64,000 nt of DNA from Octopus vulgaris. Its lineage: Eukaryota. Of this stretch, positions 26,100 through 39,140 are shown one piece after another. A program made the position numbers and the translations under genes. The notes beneath the pieces were generated by a model. It saw nothing but the letters and a program-made list of their open reading frames with translations, was not told where the DNA came from and did not search any database. Location of the stretch: positions 4,836,001 to 4,900,000 of the forward strand of contig OX597818.1 in NCBI GenBank assembly GCA_951406725.2, in the 5' to 3' direction. The number at the start of each line of letters is the position of its first letter. Within the stretch, counting starts at the first letter, position 1.

Positions 26100-26165
26100 T
26101 ATTCTTTTACTTTTACCTGTTTCAATCATTGCACTGCGACCGTGCTGAGGCACCGCCTTGAAGAA
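26100..26165 (-). mobile_element. SINE family A 3' fragment
   Basis: ttcttttacttttacctgtttcaatcatt..ctgcgaccgtgctgaggcaccgcctt matches the family A tail. Confidence 0.55.
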
Positions 26166-26213
26166 TTTTTGCGGAAGGAATTATGTCTTTTGATCCACTT
26201 TTGCATAATTCAT

Positions 26214-26254
<41 letters not shown>

Positions 26255-27338
26255 CACAGACACAGACACACACGCGCACACGCACACATCACTATTTATA
26301 TATACATGCATGAATACATAGATATACAGATATATAAAGACAGACATATATACATATATACGCAGGAATGTGTAAATATTTGCGTACGTATGTATACATA
26401 GCAATATACCTTGGAATGTGTGCATATGTCCGTGTGAGTACATATGAGTGTATATCAATATTTATGTCCATATCTATGAGTGTACAAGTGCTATAAGTAT
26501 GCCAGCCGGACCCAGTGGAGCGCACCACAGAAAATGTGACTCCTCATCAAGAGGTATCGTACCTCTGGCAGTAATAGGTACCAACTTTATTAATATCTTC
26601 TTAATTGTGTGTGCGAGCGTATGTGCGCCAGACTACGCGTGCGTGTGTGTGTGTGCCTGTATCTGCGCGTGCGTTTGTACGAGCAAGTGTACGTGCTAGA
26701 AATTACGTTTGTGTGAGTGTTTGTACATCCATATCTACTAATGGTTATATGTAATTATTTTTTCGCTGTATTGTGCATATGTCTATTTTTTGTATCTTAT
26801 CGCTGTTATGAATCATCTATAAGAATGAAGGTGCATCTCTAAGTTTGTTATTTCGATATACGAAGACCAAGAAGAAATCGTGCAGAAATAAGTTGTGCGA
26901 TAAAGAGTTTTATTTTAACGAGATGCTTTTCGAAATCACCTGAGAAAATACATCTACACAGAGAGATGCAACTAAATCAGTTGTACAGTAACCTATCCGC
27001 AAGGGATTGAAGCTAGATTGGTCGAAGCGATTGGAGTGATCGATGAACATTCTTGTATCTTCCATGTTTCGTCTCTCTCATTAATTACATATATGAATAT
27101 ATGCTCATGAAACTATGTCAGCCTGTCTGTGTGTCTATCTTTCTCCCTCTTTCTCTCTCTCTCTAATGGAGTAAGTGGAACAAAAGCACACACGAAAACG
27201 AAAAGTGTCGCGGAAGAGGTCACAGGTATGTGACGAAAGATTTTCGGGCAATGGACATAAGTTAAAATAATGAAATAAGAACAGTGATAAACGAGTGAAG
27301 AAAAAATATATAGTGTGGATTTATTTGGCAAAAAAATG

Positions 27339-27378
<40 letters not shown>

Positions 27379-27379
<1 letters not shown>

Positions 27380-28375
27380 GGGTCAAATTTGTACAAAGAA
27401 CAAAAGACAAAAGATAGAGACAGGTAAGGGAATAACAAACAAGGTGTGCGAGTTTGACGATCAGGAAAAATGCTAGAATCTTTGATGTTTCGAGCTACAT
27501 TCCTCTACAGAAAGAATGAAGAGAAACAAACAAATGGAGAGAGTGACAAATAGTATTTGGATTAATGGTTGCATATGTTGAATTGTCCAGAAGGAAAGAA
27601 GTGGTTGGAGACAAGATGGCAAAGTAGACAACTGTAATCCGACCAAAGAGCGTATGCGCAAGCATGTATCTTCATGTGTTGATAATGTGTGAGTTTGTAT
27701 GTCTTATGAGCTAGCGGTGTCTATATTGTGTGATGGTAAGCATGTGTTTGAGTATGAAGATTATGTGAGCGGGTGTATGTATATGTATGGGAGCACGCTT
27801 GCGTATGAATGTGTGTGTGTGCGAGTAAACAAGTATGTGTGAGTTTATCTGATATATGTGCGTTGAGGGAGGATGTGTGTGGGTCACTCTGGATGGAGGT
27901 GCAAGGTGCTATACGGATGACAGGTGGTGAGACTGTGTGCTGGTGTGAGGGGTTGGGAAGAAGTGTGTCTGTGTGTGTGTATGTGTGCGCGTGTGTTAGG
28001 TGTATATATATGCTGTAGGGCCATAATGGCGTGTGTATGGTGTAGGGACTGGGTATAGCAGCGTAGAGAAGTTGTATGGGGGTAGAGGAGGAAAGCATTG
28101 GAAGGTGGGAGGTGTGTGGTGTATGTAAATGAGTGTGCAAATGAGACATGAGGGAATGAGAAATGAAAATAAAAAAATAAATTCTTGCTCCCGACGGGGG
28201 ATCCGGGTGGCCTTTTGCAAGGTCAGTTCAAAACGCGGAAGTGGCGTAAGGTGGGGTGTCATTGCCGAATCTGATGTCTCGGAGAAAGTTCAGCAAACCA
28301 GTCAGCTAAGTGCCAGCCAGTCTGACCAATGTACAGGGAATGAAAATGATAGTAGAGGACACAGTAGATTAAATT
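27379..28375 (-). mobile_element. Penelope-like 3' fragment (GIY-YIG + long CA-rich 3' region)
   Basis: Minus strand LYIGQTGWHLADWFAE.LRDIRFGNDTP..RHF...REQEFIF (28160-28340). Ends at (TA)n 27342-27378. A hammerhead-like motif lies at 27480-27514. Confidence 0.75.
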
Positions 28376-28909
28376 GATGAATAGTGGTGCCTATTCAAGT
28401 AGTACTTATTCTACCTTTAAATTTTCCTGCATAATGATCTAACGCTTATCTAACAACTCTCATGTTGGAGACTCTAGAGCTTACCAAAGTTTGTTTGCTT
28501 CTATTAGCGGCTGCAAAGTTTTGATAAACTACATTTGCCAAAATTGTGAAGTAACTCCGAGCCTTTAGAGACACGTGTCGAAACTGTAACGCCTTCTTCT
28601 TTAATTCTTTGAGTCTATGTAATCTGAGTAAGTTTGTTCTACAATATAAAATTTTGAGATTGCCTTCTCTTTTTACATGTATATATGTATATATATTTTA
28701 TACATTAAAACACAATGTTTATTTGAAACATTGTCTCCATTATCTGCTCGCTTGGCTTCTCCTTTACATTGCTGTCTTAGTTCTCAGTGAAGATATCGGA
28801 GAGTAAGTTCAAATCATTTGAACGCTACGAAGTATTTTCGATATTGAGAGTCTCTCGATCTGATCTGTTGGCTCTACCATACATGTACCATACATGTGTA
28901 CCTACACAT

Positions 28910-28967
<58 letters not shown>

Positions 28968-30715
28968 CAGCTGTACAATGTACATCTCCATAAATGCTCC
29001 GAAGGCGTGAAAAGTAATATTGACATGTACCTATTTCTGAGTGTGTGTATGTGGACCATTCTTATTCATATTCTTATTCAAATTCATCCTGATCAACCGG
29101 TTTAGAATAAGTCGGATGGAACCCGATACAAGAGAGTCTCAGTGTTGTCTTCCACTGCTTTGTTTGTGTACTAATGTATTTTCCCTTACTTTTAGCGATA
29201 ATGCATCCTTGAGCCTTGTGTTTCACGTCATTGCTCCAAGAAAGGTTAATAATACAAAGAAGCATCCGATTCTATCCGTTGTCCAAAAAGTGAAATATAA
29301 GCTAGAGGTTATTGCTTTGATGGCGAGAGATTTTGAAAATATGATGTTAAAAAGGAAAGTTTCATGTATTCGCAAGCCTATAAATAAACTCATATTTAAA
29401 AAAAAAATTATGTTCATGCACATTGTAAACCATTTTCAACTAGTGCAATGAAGCGTGTAAGATAAGAATATAAAACAGTCTTCAAGAAACATGTGCTTGT
29501 GATGTCCATGGTAGCTCACATGGCAGCTAAGCATCCAAGCTAAACGTTGTTTATGAAGACTTAACAACTGTTATGGATTGACTAATACCATTATCCATTA
29601 CAAAGCTGGCAGTTGCCACAAGCGGAAATTCAAGACTTCAAAATGTAAAATTACTTAATCTATCATGTTCAGGCGTACAGTGCTATCTTACACGTACGCA
29701 GTGTTAACGTCTACAAGAGTCAAAAGCGGACAGCGGGTTAAAGGTGAACTCTTTCAACTATTAATGTTTTAATGAGGGTAGAAGAATACACGCCCAATCT
29801 CTCTCTCTCTCTATCTATCTGTCTGTCTATCTGTCTGTCTGTCTATATGTCTGTCTGTCTGTCTATCCTCTCTTTCTCTTTCTCTCTCTCTGTACACACA
29901 TATTCACACACACACACGCATGCACTCACACACACACATACACACATACAAACACACACATCAACTTAATTTGGGCATTAAACTTGTAATTTGCTTTAGG
30001 AAGACAGTCTACATGTATTCGCTATTATACATGATTTTACAGCTAAAATCGATAGTATTTTAGACATCTGAAAACCCATGAATATCCGTAGAATTTATGC
30101 AAGCACGACCAAAGAGAATGGAATGAGTAACCTGTTTCCTTGAATAATACTATAATTGTTTCATCTTAACATCATAAAAATTTGTCATTGACTCACTTTC
30201 TCCTGAATGATTTTCCAGAAAAAACTTTCGAAAGTAGATAAGTAGTCAACTTCAGCTCAGATTAACCCAATTAAACACTATGAAGAATTTCACCTTCAAC
30301 TCCATCCGCAATATATCCTACACGTTGCGCGTGAATTGCTTTCTCTTTCCGATAAACTATCCATTCATAAAATAATATATATATTCGTGTGTACAGGACC
30401 AGGTTTAAATTAGGTGGGGAGGATGGGCGGTTCAAATTCGGTGGGCCTTTCATACACGAGAATTCAAATCTTGGAAATTTAGCCAATTATAATCTCAAAA
30501 TCCATGTATTTGACGTGTTAGCAGAGAAAGTTTAAATAAACAACTGAAAATGTCACTTTATAGATACACTTTTCAAAATTCAAAATTTTTTTCTCACACA
30601 TCCACTTGCAGTATTTCACTTTTTCATTCACTGGGAAAAGTACAATGCGAGTTACAAATGTTTCAGAATGTAGAATATAATAAAATGAAAAGTATATCAT
30701 GTTAGTGGTTCTTGC

Positions 30716-31513
30716 TGTTCCAAAGGTACAATGAGTGTGTGTGTGTGTTTGAACAAAGATTTAAAAGACATGGGTTTTAAAAATATTTGCTTTAAAAAAG
30801 CTTCCCTTCATTGTTTTGTAGAAAGGGACAATCCTGACGGAAACAGAGAAATTCCAACATAAATGACAGTTATTCTAAAAGTCTGCTTTTCCAGTTTCCT
30901 GGAAGGAGTGGCGGGGCACAACGAGTAATATTTATAGTATTTTTCACTTTGAGAAAAAAAAAATTACAAGCATCTAGAAGGTGCTTGTAAACTCATGAAC
31001 ATGACATACATAGGGGAGACATCTAGGAGCATTGCAGAAAGACTAAATGAATATATTTGAGACAATATGACGACAAAAAATAGTCCTCTATACTCTACCA
31101 ATATGCCAAGGACCAACATGGAGGCAACCTGGGCCAGCTTAACATCCGCATTTTATCTAAGCACCCAAAGGACCCAACACCCAGACAAATACAGGAGTAC
31201 ATCCTCATAAATGAAACATCCCCAGTACTAAATAGGAAATATACATAGTAGGTAGCCATACCCCTATACCCAATGTTTATATATACAGGTAGAATAGTTA
31301 GTGGGCTGTTATGTAGATAGATGTATATGTGTGTGTGTGTATGTGTATAAGTATATGCATATGTATGTAGGCAAATGGATATGAAAGCTTTTTTAAAACA
31401 AAAATTAAAAAAACCCATGTCTTTTAAATCTTTGTCCGAACACACACATTCACACACACACCCACACACGCGCGCACACACACACACATACACACATTCA
31501 TTGTGCCTTTGGA
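30716..31513 (+). mobile_element. Penelope GIY-YIG fragment bracketed by inverted repeats
   Basis: Internal TYIGETSRSIAERLNE..NSPLY..QHGG..IRIL..RQIQEYILINETSPVLNRK (~31000-31240). 30716-30804 is the reverse complement of 31383-31513. Confidence 0.7.
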
Positions 31514-31944
31514 AGAGTAAGATGGTTAGGTACAGAGGTAATATAAACAGACAAGCACACATACCTACACATACGCAAATAAAGACTGAAACACATGACC
31601 ATATACACACTTCACTTCACACGATACATATGGAGACACACGTCCACACATATGCAAATACACATCCATACATACATGCATACACACACTTACATGCATA
31701 CACACGTACATACATACATACATACATGTGTATGCGCACACACATTAACCCACACACATGAACACAAATAAGCAAAACGGAACGCAGCTTGAATAACGGA
31801 CGGAGTCAACAATTATTGAAAGACGCAAGGAAACTTTTAGAAAAAGTGAATGAGTAGAAATTTTACCGGCGAATGTGTTTAATTACAAGGCAATAAAAGA
31901 GAATGACTCTCTCCAGGCAAAACTGTATATATAGACACCAGCAT

Positions 31945-31984
<40 letters not shown>

Positions 31985-33239
31985 CGAACGCACACACACT
32001 CACTCTCACATACACGCACATACAAACATAGAGACACACACACTCATGCACACACACGCGCGTGCATGAATACACATACATGAAGAACGTGAAAATCTAT
32101 AGATATCTTTGGTGTATAAATACAAATAACACGAATAATACAGTGGAAAAGATATCTACATAAAAGAATATGTTTTTTAGTATTTGAAAATTAACAATTT
32201 AAAATACTCCTAATAAAAATATTTCGAAATTTCCAGTTTACATTGTAAAAATGAATAGTGTAACGTTGTATAAGTTTACAATTAGTTAAAATAAAATATC
32301 CATTTCGCATGAAGCAAAAGCAAAATTATTGACGAGCCGGTAGAAAAAATATTTGAAATAAATTTCTTCTTTTGACGTATATTTAATGTCTGAATAAATA
32401 TTTAAATCATAAAGTAATTTTTTCCTTTTATAAATATACAATGCTAATTAAATCCATCTATCGTAACAGAAAAAAATGTTCGTTGACTATTTCGAAAAGG
32501 ATGCAAAATTGCAATATTCATTGGATAATATTAAATTAAAAGTATAAAGTCCAGACACCTAATGAGTCTACTGCACATGTTCGACACACACAAAATAACT
32601 AAAAATAAAAAAAGTAACTGAAAACATTTTGTTTTAATCATTATCACCAATTATTGTCATTGTTACGAAACTCTATTACTTCCCAAACTTTATATTAATC
32701 GCCATTAATCTTTCCTGAAGTTTCCCAAATACAACATTAATGTAAGTGTCAGAAAAAAAAATTCACTATTCTGATCATCTTCTAGCTGTACATTTCCCGC
32801 CGTAGATTATGACTTGTTACAGTTTAAACTGGAATTTAGTGATATATTGGCAATGTTTGTGAAATGGCACGCTTCATACACTATTGATTGTTTTGATATG
32901 AAGGGAACATTTCCATTGTTTTATTTCACGTTGTGTTCAGATTAAAAGAGTTGGTAAGTGGGTAGTTATTGCTTACACGTTTCCCTCAATGCCATTAATG
33001 TTACATATGGACATCGATAATTGTTCTTTCACTTGGATAGAGTTGCATATTATTGCCAATAAGCATAATAATAAATTACATTATATCTATGACAGTACTA
33101 TTTTCAATTCATTTTGGAACTAGATTTTACTAATTGCAAGAGGTTATATTACAGACATGGTGTTGATACGATAAAATATGCTACAAAATAAGTGGTTTAG
33201 TATATATATGCGCACGCGCGCGTGTGTACACATATATGC

Positions 33240-33362
33240 ATTCTTTTATTCTTTTATTTGTTTCATTTATTTGATTGCGACCAAGCTGAATCGACCACAG
33301 GACTTATTCTTTGTAAGCCTAGTACTTATTTTATCGTTTCTTCTGCCGAACAGCTAAGACAC
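33240..33362 (-). mobile_element. SINE family A 3' fragment
   Basis: tcgaccacaggacttattctttgtaagcctagtacttatt...ctgccgaac matches 14851-14915. Confidence 0.7.
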
Positions 33363-33369
33363 ACAAACA

Positions 33370-33391
33370 TATACATACATACATACATACA

Positions 33392-33425
<34 letters not shown>

Positions 33426-33467
33426 CATACATACATACATACATACATACATACATACATACATACA

Positions 33468-33543
<76 letters not shown>
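33370..33543. repeat. (TACA)n-(TA)n microsatellite
   Basis: Direct inspection. Confidence 0.97.
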
Positions 33544-33544
<1 letters not shown>

Positions 33545-33546
<2 letters not shown>

Positions 33547-33930
33547 TTGTTTGCGTAATGAGATAAAAAAACCAAGGCTGTATAGATATTGGAGCATAGA
33601 AGTTCTTACAGCTGTTTCTAGGATATTAATTAATAATATCCCTTCATCAGAGACGGTGTGAGAGGAAAGATTAAGACATAGCTAGTTTCGATGTGATACA
33701 AATAGAGAGTGAGGTGGAGGAAAATAAATAGATGTAAGATATGTATTGTTATTGAATTCGTAAATCCGTTTTATAGGCATAATGGTATATATGTGTAATA
33801 TTCCAATATCCTTTGAGTAAGATCCAAAAACAAAACAGAGTTTAATATGAGTCCATCCAGATGTAGAGTTTATATATATATATAGGTAGGTAGGTATCCA
33901 GTTCCATCTAGAAAAAACTTTACTTTTCAT
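33545..33930 (-). mobile_element. Penelope-type terminal (pLTR-like) fragment carrying a hammerhead motif
   Basis: Shares gccttggttttt..atc, the hammerhead motif and a (TA)n-adjacent end with 55800-56120. No coding sequence is retained. Confidence 0.55.
33602..33654 (-). ncRNA. minimal type-I hammerhead ribozyme motif
   Basis: Minus strand gtct-CTGATGA-a-gggatatt(attaatt)aatatcct-a-GAAA-cagctg-TA-aga. Conserved core, 8-bp stem II, palindromic stem III (ACAGCTGT), GUA cleavage triplet, stem I tct/aga. Confidence 0.75.
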
Positions 33931-34046
33931 CTTGCAAAGATATATTTTCAGAAAGAACTAGAGTAAAACTACAGTTTGACAGTGTTACTTTTAGGAAGAT
34001 CATCCTGCTTGTCGGCAAAAACATAATTACTCTGGCCATTAGAATT

Positions 34047-34812
34047 TGTTGCGTCAGTTACCTTTTGGCATCATAAGTTTAATCTACAACAACCATTATT
34101 ACATGTTGTAAGGGGGATTTCAGCCACTTTATGATCAGTGACTTGCTGTATTATAAGGCTCACACAGTTACCTGCGATGCAGGTAAGATGTCTAGATTGA
34201 ATTATCTACGATATTACGCATGTGCTGCAATACTTCAAGAAGCGTTATTAAAAACTTTGTGTTCAAGTTCAGCACGCATTTTGAATACATAGTGTGTGTT
34301 TTTACCTTTTCATTAAGTCCTCATGCTCCTGATTGATTAAAATAAAACTGTGCAATATTAATTGGTGTCCGAGTTTCAGTGTTGCGTCAGTTATACATTT
34401 CTAGGTAGAAATGTTGCATCAGTTATGTGTGCCTGTTACGTCAATTACATTTTACCAAAGGCACTACTGCATGTATTAAGCAATATTATTGGATATGAGC
34501 ATATATAACATCCACACCACTGCAGGTTTCTTTTGATATAAAAATTGTTTGCACATGTAAATTTTCCAGCATAAGTACAACCAAGTCAGGTCTCTTGATT
34601 TTTTTCTGTTGCGTCAGTTACGCAAGTATTTATTCTCTTTAAGATAAGCTAAACATAGACTTACAATTACATATGTAACAATATTTATGGGTCACAGCAG
34701 TTAAAGTATTCATGGGTCATTACATTTCATTTAGCTTAAGTAACATGCCAGAACATTTTTAGTATTAAAAGATTCTTGTAAGTGTTGTGTCAGTTACGAT
34801 ATAATTACCCGT
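34047..34812. repeat. cluster of six direct copies of GTTGCGTCAGTTAC (putative DNA-transposon subterminal repeats)
   Basis: Copies at 34048, 34381, 34413, 34435, 34608 and 34784, with 0-2 mismatches and irregular spacing. Confidence 0.75.
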
Positions 34813-36149
34813 AAATAAATACGTATATCTGGAGCTTAAATGCCCGGATACATAACAAATGAAGTTGGCACACCTCAGCAACATGTTTGGCAAAATATCA
34901 AACAAAAGGTCCTTTCCTTCTGTACTCTATCAAATTCATCTCCCGTTCTGTTATACCCTCTCACATTTCTATTCCCTTTCCTTAGGATAACTTAGCAGCG
35001 CATATTTACCTCCTAGTGTATATAAGAACCCTCTCTTTCTTTTGTGTTGTAGATTACTATAATGGGGATGTGGTGAGAGAGCCGGCTGCATTTGCCGTGT
35101 AACTGAGATGCTTTGCCGGTCTTCTGAAATACGTGTACATTACATAAAGCATAAATACCAAATTTCATTTTTGCGCTCTCTTTTTATGCGCGGCACATGG
35201 GCTCCGTACACTAGCCTATCTAACATTATAAAGATTGTTAAGCCACATCAGAAATAAAAGGAAGGAGGGTAGTTTGGGACTGATCTAAAAATATACTTAA
35301 TATGCTATTTACATGTATTAAGTCATGTGTTAGATAATGTTTCAGTGTTTTATGCTTGAATTTAAATATCCCACCTCAGATGCACACACATATATGCACG
35401 AATATATATAAGTAGATATATAAGATTAATTATACACGCGTGTGTGTGCGCACTCGCTTGCTTATGTGTGTGCAAGAATATATAATCATAATTGATACGC
35501 AATGTCTTCAACATCATTGTCATATGTGAAAACTGTGATAATAGTGGTATTCGATGCTCTAGTGCACAGAAAATTAATCTGACGCAAATTTATTCGATCA
35601 GGATGCTATATCTATTAATTGCATCAAACTAATTAATTAAGAGACATATTATTGGTCAACTCCTAAAAACGTTCCTATACCTTTCTCGTGATTTTTTCCT
35701 TTTCTGAAGAGACAATTATTACAACAAATCCTCTATTTATTTTTTCTTGAAAAGATGAATGACAAAATTATGTTTGGATTTTAAATAAAAGTGTACTTTT
35801 ATTTTAAAACAAGTCACTAACGCTTGTCATTTTCTCCGGAAGAATGCGATGTTACTTAAAAGAAACGTTCAAAATCTTGAATAGAATGTATATGATCCTA
35901 TAGATTGGAATAAGGATTTTACTATTTGGTTATTAACTGATAATATTAGAATATTATCTAATCACAGATTTAACCAGTAGTGCTGTTAGTCCTTTCTGCA
36001 TCGAACTCAGTTGTGAGATATTGGAAAAGCTAAGATCACTCTACTTCACGTTCCCCTTGTTTAAGTGGAAGCATTGTTCTACACAATGAAATACAATCGA
36101 TTAAGGTAGGAAAATGCTTGAGAAAGGGAAGTATCTTAAATACTTATTC

Positions 36150-38200
36150 TTCTTTGTAGGATGGAACAAATGCTTATCAAAAGGGTGACGAGCGGTAGTC
36201 TGCTTGTTGGATATGTTTGATTAATGCAGAGTCCTTTTACATATTTTGAGTTCAAGAGAGCAGGACCAATTAACGCGAGAAAGTAAATAGGAAATATGCA
36301 GAAAGACCATAGACATCCTCGAGCACTGGAGGAACAAACTGCTCAGTTTATAACCCATGGACCAGGTATTTCTAAAGTCGGCCTTATTACCATAAGAATG
36401 GACTTTAGAAATTGGAACCTTAAGTTAAGTTCCTATGGAGTTTCGGGGATTTTAGTCCTCTGCTTGAATCCTGATTACACTATATTACAGGTCATATCAA
36501 TTAATATACTGTCGATTAATGGTTGCAGCTCCGAGCTGTCCACATCACTTCTGTACAAGAGTCCATCATGAGTGTTCTTGTGTTTTGGATGTACTCGCTT
36601 GGTTCGATGGATTTCCAATATGTGATAACATATCTAGGATGAAGCAATTGTCACTCGGTGCTAAATTTATTGACGCAATTGTATTTGACATATTATTTGA
36701 GAAGAAATTCTTTTGGCTTTACAAATGAATACCCTTTCTATTGCTATTGAAATCGTTGAACACTTTACAAAATTTTGATTAAATCGAAGAAAAATTACTT
36801 GTTCAACAATTTAGTGGTTGCTTTACTGCATCAAGAAGAAAGAGGAGTGCAAACCATAATAAAGAGCATAAATCCAGCATAAATCCAGAAATGGCACTTA
36901 TTTGTTGTGTGGTTGATAACGAATTTAATGCTATTCCTGAAATATGAAAATCTCTTGGCCAGTTCAATGCTATCATTATTTCTTTTCTAGAGAGTCTAGA
37001 GAGATCATATCTTATTACCATGTAAAATATGTCTGATATGTTGAATATAAACTCATTGGAGTTTTCTATTAATCTTGAACAGCTTCAAGTAAAATATACT
37101 AAGAAGCTCACCAATTTAGTCTCAAAATTTAGTCTGATCAACACGAACCCCATATCTGTTCAACTTGATGAAATGGAAGTGTATCATCATACATACTAAC
37201 TTTCATTACATGTCCCGAGACCAGAAACAAGAAGCAGAAAAAAAGTAGTGTCCCGAAAATCGTAAAATCTAGTAGGAAAAGTGAATATACATTCAACTAA
37301 TGATTTCTTGATATTTTGATAGGCAGACATTCTCATTTTTGTAAATCAGTTTATGATAGGCAGACATTCTCATTTTTGTAAATCAGTTTATGATAGGCAG
37401 ACATTCTCATTTTTGTAAATCAGTTTATGTTCCATATTTGTATTCAGTCATATATATGGAACACCTATTCATTTCATCTACTTCAAATGTCCAAGCTTGT
37501 AAATGATGAATTCATGAAGAAAACTAATAAGATATTATTCTGTTACCGGACATACATGTGTCAGCGATCATGGATTTCCATGCCGAAGTTTTAAGATTCT
37601 ATATTTTTCTTGAGAAAGATACAGTTGTGATTTCCCGTTATCCTCTGCGTTTATTTAAGGAGTACTCTGCTTGCCTCCTGCTTTCATGAGCTTAAAACTA
37701 GGACACTGGGGCTATTTAACTCTTAAGATGAGGAAGTAGTTCAGGTAACATGAATAAATATCCACGCACCGCTGAGCTTCTGTAGGATAAGTCTTGATGT
37801 TATCCCTCCCCTAGTCCTGTGTGCTTTAGCCTGAAAATCAACTTCTGCTATTTATGCCATAACTGGACATGACATTACACTTCGTACTGTGGCAAGGATC
37901 CTTTTTGTGAGTTCAGATGTTTTGGTGGTATGGAATTATTCCTTTGCCACCACTGCTGCCAGGTCCCCAGGTGGTTTTAAACTATATAATATTTCAAACT
38001 AAAAAGCTGAAACAGTCACTCGGTTTGAAATAGGAGTCCAAAGAAAGAAATAAGATAATGGGTGTGCAAATGGACCACTGGACTTCATCAAACAATAATC
38101 TGTTTCCTTGTATTCAACAGAAGATTACCCGTGGGGAAGTTGTATAAGTTGTTCTGCAATGTGAAGAGGTTAAAACAGAGGGTTTTTGGTGACAGATAAA
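36150..38200 (-). mobile_element. old RTE-like LINE (APE + RT), heavily degenerate
   Basis: Fragmentary motifs in the expected order on the minus strand: APE-like VV..YH.T, SLSTTQQISAI (RST..QILAL), DF.S..R, NLAP..FILD. Confidence 0.45.
37317..37427. repeat. 37-bp perfect tandem repeat x3
   Basis: tgataggcagacattctcatttttgtaaatcagttta at 37317, 37354 and 37391. Confidence 0.97.
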
Positions 38201-38257
38201 CATTTATCCGGTTGGTGCATGGCGAATGCTCGGGGAGCTATGTTTATTTTTATAAAC

Positions 38258-39140
38258 AACTAGCTTACGCGCGGGTAAGAGTGTGGTTGTTACTTTTTGT
38301 TGCTTCCATTCTGTTTTTTATCACCACATTCTCCCTCTTTGTTTCTCTCTCCTTTCTCTCTCACTTTCCCATTCTCTTACTCTTCTTTTCTCTCGGACTC
38401 TCCTTCATTTTCTCTTACTCTCTATCTTTCTCTATCTATCTCTCTCTCATTTATAAAAAACAAAAGATCTTGAGTAAGTTGAGAAAGAAAATATTTTGAA
38501 AGATCAATCATAAATATTAGGCAGTGACAACGGAAAGGTCTGATTCAAGGCAGACAGCAAAACACTAACATTTAAAGGGGACAGACGAAATTGCGAGCTG
38601 AATAAAAATTTTCAAATATTGGAAACCAAAGTTTGAAGAGATAGAATCTGAGGATAGTAGAGTCACCATGACTGGCATTTCTTAACGACGTAGTGGCAGT
38701 TTAACGGCTGGCGTAAAATTTTGAACTTGATGTAAAAGAAAATTCCTAAACACCAAGTTTTGAAGTGATTCTTTCTCAATAGACTAACCATGGCAAGCAT
38801 TCAAAACTTCTTCATCATGGACGGCAACACATTGACGATTTAAAGGCTGGCGCAAATTTTTTAGCTTGATGTAACAGAGAATTCACAAACACCCACTCCT
38901 GTAAATTTTAATCCCCTTCCAACCCCATTTAGACCCTTTTTCATATTTTGGTTAATATAACCCGATTTCATTCGGGTCTACTCGGGCCACATTTTATAAG
39001 ATGAGGAATTTTGTCCTAGAGGTCACGCCCTTCATTTAAGGAAAAAAATAGTTGCCATGCAAACTCGCCAGCACTTTTAACATAGGTGTGCATATTTTCA
39101 GCTCAACCGACCACATAATGCACACTTTATATATATATAC
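38258..39140 (+). mobile_element. putative Helentron-associated non-autonomous element (HINE/DINE-1-like)
   Basis: Starts aactagc..cgcgcggg, has internal ~135-bp diverged repeats (tttaaaggctggcgcaaatttt..cttgatgtaa..aaacacc) and ends acactttatatatat. Classified by resemblance only. Confidence 0.4.

Noticed and set aside
34047-34812. CRISPR-like appearance of repeated 14-mers (and of the 37-bp array at 37317)
   Set aside because: The repeats are too short and irregularly spaced, or have no spacers. There are no cas genes and the context is eukaryotic.
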